Shown piece by piece: positions 30,787 through 33,170 of a DNA stretch of 33,170 bases (its first letter is position 1; each line of letters opens with the position of its first letter). The notes beneath the pieces are model-generated. The model searched no databases. It saw nothing but the letters and a program-made list of their open reading frames with translations, and was not told where the DNA came from. This stretch comes from Candidatus Woesearchaeota archaeon CG07_land_8_20_14_0_80_44_23 (GTDB taxonomy: Archaea; Nanobdellota; Nanobdellia; Woesearchaeales; 0-14-0-80-44-23). The translations under genes were made by a program, and so were the position numbers. Location: the NCBI GenBank assembly GCA_002779235.1, contig PEXD01000077.1, positions 1-33,170 of the forward strand. Reading direction: 5' to 3'.

Positions 30787-32319
30787 TCATTTGAGCCAGG
30801 CGCGCACCTCGCGCAGCTCCTTAAGGTCGTTGCTGTGCAGCTTCCTCAGGTCATTGAGCCCATAATACTGCGAGATTATCCTTGAAAGCCCGAGCCCCCA
30901 TGCCAGCACAGGAATGTCCCTGCCAAGAAGAGGCTTTACAACCTCTGGCCTGAAGATGCCTGCGCCTCCTAATTCCATCCACTTGCCGTGCTCCTTGTCA
31001 TAGACATCTATCTCAGCGCTCATCTCAGTATATGGAAAATAGCCAGGCCTTATCTTAACCTTGTCATAGCCCATTTTCCTGTAAAACAATTTAAGGTATC
31101 CTATGAGGTTCTTGAAATTGGCATTCGGATCCACAATAATCCCTTCCACCTGGTAGAACTCAAAAAGGTGGCTCCAGTCCTGGGTCTCGTTCCTGAAGCA
31201 CCTGCCCACTGCGAAAAACTTTGCAGGAAGGTCCTCCTGCTTTAAACTCGCTATTGTCTTTGCAGAAAGGGGAGTTGTGTGGGTTCTTAGCACGAGCTTC
31301 CTGGCCTCTTCAGGGTCCCAATGGTAGCGCCAGCCCTTGCTCCCGGTTGTCCAGCCGTTTTCATGAGTCTTAGCAACTCTTTTCACAAGATTTTCATCTG
31401 ACAGCTTTGCCTTGTCAGGGTTTGAGATGAAGAAAGTGTCCTGAAGCTCCCTTGCAGGATGGTCCTGAGGCGTGAAAAGTGCGTCGAAGTTCCAGAAGCT
31501 TGACTGGATAAGGTTGCCCTCCATCTCCTTGAATCCGAGGTCGAGCCAGATTCGTTTTATGTAGTCAATTGTCTCATTTACGAAATGGCGCCTGCCATAA
31601 TATATTTTCGGCACCGGTGCCTTGACGTCGTATCTCCTGAATTTCTTGAACTGCCATGAGCCGCTCTTTATTATTTCAGGAGTAAGAGTTTCAAGATTGT
31701 CCTTGGTGAGGTCATAGCCGGCTATTTCAGAGCCGAGCTCTGTGAGAAGCACTGTCCTTGTCTTCACCATCTCATTCTTGACAATCCTGCTCCTTTTTTT
31801 CATTTCATCATAGCAGAACCTGTCCTCGCGGCCCATGGATAAGAATTCAAGCGGAAGCCTGTTGAGAAACTGCTCCTCCAGAGAGCCGCTTTCAAGAATT
31901 TCCTTTCCATTGCCTGTTATGCTGAACTCAAGCCCCTTTGGCTTCTTTGAGATTTCTATCGCAAGTTTCTTCCTGAGTATGCCTATGCAGACCTCAACTT
32001 CCTGGTCTGAAAGCTTTATCTTGGACTTCAGGGCAGAGACAGTGAGGGGTCCTTCCTTTATTGCCTCAAGGAATCTCCTTTCAGGAAGCCTCTGTCTGAG
32101 ATAGAGCTTCCCATTAGAATCAGGAATGACAAGCTCCTTTAACTCTTCCTTGATTGTAACGAGCCCCTTGTTCTGGAGCCATTGGACAGCCCTCATCACC
32201 TGGACCTCCTTCAGCCCTGTTTTTGAGACAATCTCATCAAAATTTGAGGTATCCTTGAGCGCAGAGAGGGTTTTCCTTTCATAAGCATGAAGTCCGTCTA
32301 TTATCTCTGCAGTGTTCAT
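30787..32319 (-). CDS. pheS: Phenylalanine--tRNA ligase alpha subunit (archaeal type)
   Basis: N-terminal winged-helix repeats. Class II core HPARELQDTFF, LRTHTT, GRCFRNETQDWSHLFEFYQVEG, GAGIFRPEV. Confidence 0.95.
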   Translation of the reverse strand: MNTAEIIDGLHAYERKTLSALKDTSNFDEIVSKTGLKEVQVMRAVQWLQNKGLVTIKEELKELVIPDSNGKLYLRQRLPERRFLEAIKEGPLTVSALKSKIKLSDQEVEVCIGILRKKLAIEISKKPKGLEFSITGNGKEILESGSLEEQFLNRLPLEFLSMGREDRFCYDEMKKRSRIVKNEMVKTRTVLLTELGSEIAGYDLTKDNLETLTPEIIKSGSWQFKKFRRYDVKAPVPKIYYGRRHFVNETIDYIKRIWLDLGFKEMEGNLIQSSFWNFDALFTPQDHPARELQDTFFISNPDKAKLSDENLVKRVAKTHENGWTTGSKGWRYHWDPEEARKLVLRTHTTPLSAKTIASLKQEDLPAKFFAVGRCFRNETQDWSHLFEFYQVEGIIVDPNANFKNLIGYLKLFYRKMGYDKVKIRPGYFPYTEMSAEIDVYDKEHGKWMELGGAGIFRPEVVKPLLGRDIPVLAWGLGLSRIISQYYGLNDLRKLHSNDLKELREVRAWLK

Positions 32320-32344
32320 AATCTATTCGGGAATAGAAAAATTC

Positions 32345-32352
32345 TATTTAAA
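32345..32352 (-). promoter_or_regulatory. TATA box (TTTAAATA on the minus strand) for pheST
   Basis: Centre is about 29 nt upstream of the pheS ATG (32319), consistent with a leaderless transcript. Confidence 0.5.
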
Positions 32353-32406
32353 TCTTTGTAATAGGTGTTTTAGGGGGCTAAAAACACCCTGATTTTGGGC
32401 ATTATT

Positions 32407-32500
32407 ATACTTACATAGTAAGTATTTAATATTACATAGTAAGTATAAAAAAGGATTAAAAAGAAATATTTATATATGATTCTACTTACATAATAAGTAT
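32407..32500. promoter_or_regulatory. Three copies of a 19-bp palindrome ATACTTAC-ATA-GTAAGTAT (candidate operator set)
   Basis: P1 32407-32425 is perfect. P2 32431-32446 has a perfect right arm and a partial left arm. P3 32482-32500 has one mismatch. The centres are 21 and 54 bp apart. P3 lies where the TSS of the downstream gene is expected. Confidence 0.6.
32469..32476 (+). promoter_or_regulatory. Consensus TATA box TTTATATA for the double-HTH gene
   Basis: Exact archaeal consensus with a purine-rich upstream flank (AAAAGAAATA). It lies about 40 nt upstream of the GTG at 32516. Confidence 0.5.
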
Positions 32501-32515
32501 ATTAGTATTATTTTT

Positions 32516-33157
32516 GTGTTTTTACAGCAACAGCGGTCCAAAATCGTGCATGAAAAAGGAGAGGAAAACAGCGAAATCCCTGACAAAAACAGGGCTCCTG
32601 CTATTTACGAATCTAAAAATGCTCTAAAAAGCAATTTTGAAGAAAAAATTTCTGCAGAGCTAAAAAGTGTAATACAGGAAAAGGCAGAGGAAGCCATAAG
32701 GGAGTTCATAAAAAAGTCAGTAAAGAAATACAAGGAACTGCCGCCTGAAAAAATAATTTCTGCATTATCAAAAGAGGAAAAAGAGGAATTCCCCTCATCA
32801 ATATTCTCTGAAAAGATAAGTTCTCTTGAAGCAATCACAAAATATTTTGCCGAGGAAAAAAAATATTCATACAAGAAAATTTCTCAGATACTCAACAGGG
32901 ACGAGAGGACAATCTGGACAACATACAAGAGAGCCTCGAGGAAGATGCCTGAAAGGGTTGACACCTCGTCAACAATTCTGATACCTGCGGCTATAATCGC
33001 CTCAAGAAAGCTCTCTGTCCTCGAGTCAATTGTTCACTTCCTCCACGCTGAGAAGAAACTCCCACTCAGCAGAATATCACTCATGCTCCACAGAAATCAA
33101 CGCACGATTTGGACAGTGGAATCCAGGACAAAGAAAAAACTGCTAGGAAATGAATAA
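32516..33157 (+). CDS. Protein with a charged N-terminal region and two tandem sigma70-region-4/LuxR/HTH_10-like helix-turn-helix repeats
   Basis: Internal repeat: SSLEAITKYFAEEKKYSYKKISQILNRDERTIWTTYKRASRKM versus LSVLESIVHFLHAEKKLPLSRISLMLHRNQRTIWTVESRTKKKL. The start is uncertain (GTG 32516 or GTG 32546), and there is no in-frame ATG before residue about 145. Confidence 0.6.
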   Translation: MFLQQQRSKIVHEKGEENSEIPDKNRAPAIYESKNALKSNFEEKISAELKSVIQEKAEEAIREFIKKSVKKYKELPPEKIISALSKEEKEEFPSSIFSEKISSLEAITKYFAEEKKYSYKKISQILNRDERTIWTTYKRASRKMPERVDTSSTILIPAAIIASRKLSVLESIVHFLHAEKKLPLSRISLMLHRNQRTIWTVESRTKKKLLGNE

Positions 33158-33170
33158 GCAAACAAGAGAT

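Noticed and set aside
1-33170. Looked for tRNA and rRNA genes, transposases or integrases, toxin-antitoxin pairs, CRISPR-cas or other defence genes
   Set aside because: None found. All spacers were read on both strands without a cloverleaf or rRNA-like segment. Every ORF longer than about 85 aa that does not overlap a better-supported gene is assigned above.

Overview
This is an archaeal chromosomal segment. It carries archaea/eukaryote-specific ribosomal proteins (eS4, eL32, eL19, eL34, eL14), aSUI1, RNase P Rpp29, MBF1, an archaeal two-subunit PheRS and TTTAWATA-type TATA boxes. All calls rest on reading the translated ORFs and the DNA by eye; no database or HMM search was possible.

Layout:
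- 1-395: non-coding tail packed with short palindromes.
- 396-3426 (-): a two-gene ABC-2/YhgE-like exporter. It diverges from a membrane-anchored winged-helix regulator (3562-4149).
- 4190-4300: a GC-rich, three-stem structured element in an otherwise AT-rich spacer.
- 4353-11517 (+): seven genes with almost no spacing. They are mbf1, a stand-alone tRNA-binding-domain protein, two paralogous GT-C membrane glycosyltransferases, a processive-type GT2 synthase, a membrane-anchored thioredoxin-like protein and a third GT-C (ArnT/PMT-like).
- 11482-12696 (-): a THUMP-methyltransferase with degenerate catalytic motifs.
- 12983-29081 (+): the ribosomal superoperon (uL3 through uL15, then secY, a DUF106/EMC3-like insertase, eL34, eL14).
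- 29136-32319 (-): pheT-pheS.
- 32516-33157 (+): a protein with two tandem HTH repeats, preceded by three copies of a 19-bp palindrome.

Main points for follow-up:
- A family of bulged hairpin repeats (CAAGAAAT..ATTTCTTTG, with compensatory changes at the apex) fills three anomalously long gaps inside the r-protein operon and the window start.
- The surface-glycan locus has STT3-like GT-C paralogs that lack a WWDYG-type motif.
- The DUF106 insertase carries a sequon-rich ectodomain insertion.
- adk and cmk are absent from their conserved slots.
- A triple-palindrome operator sits upstream of the double-HTH gene.

The reduced gene content and the K/E-rich r-protein tails suggest an uncultivated, possibly DPANN-like archaeon. 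That assignment is inference only.
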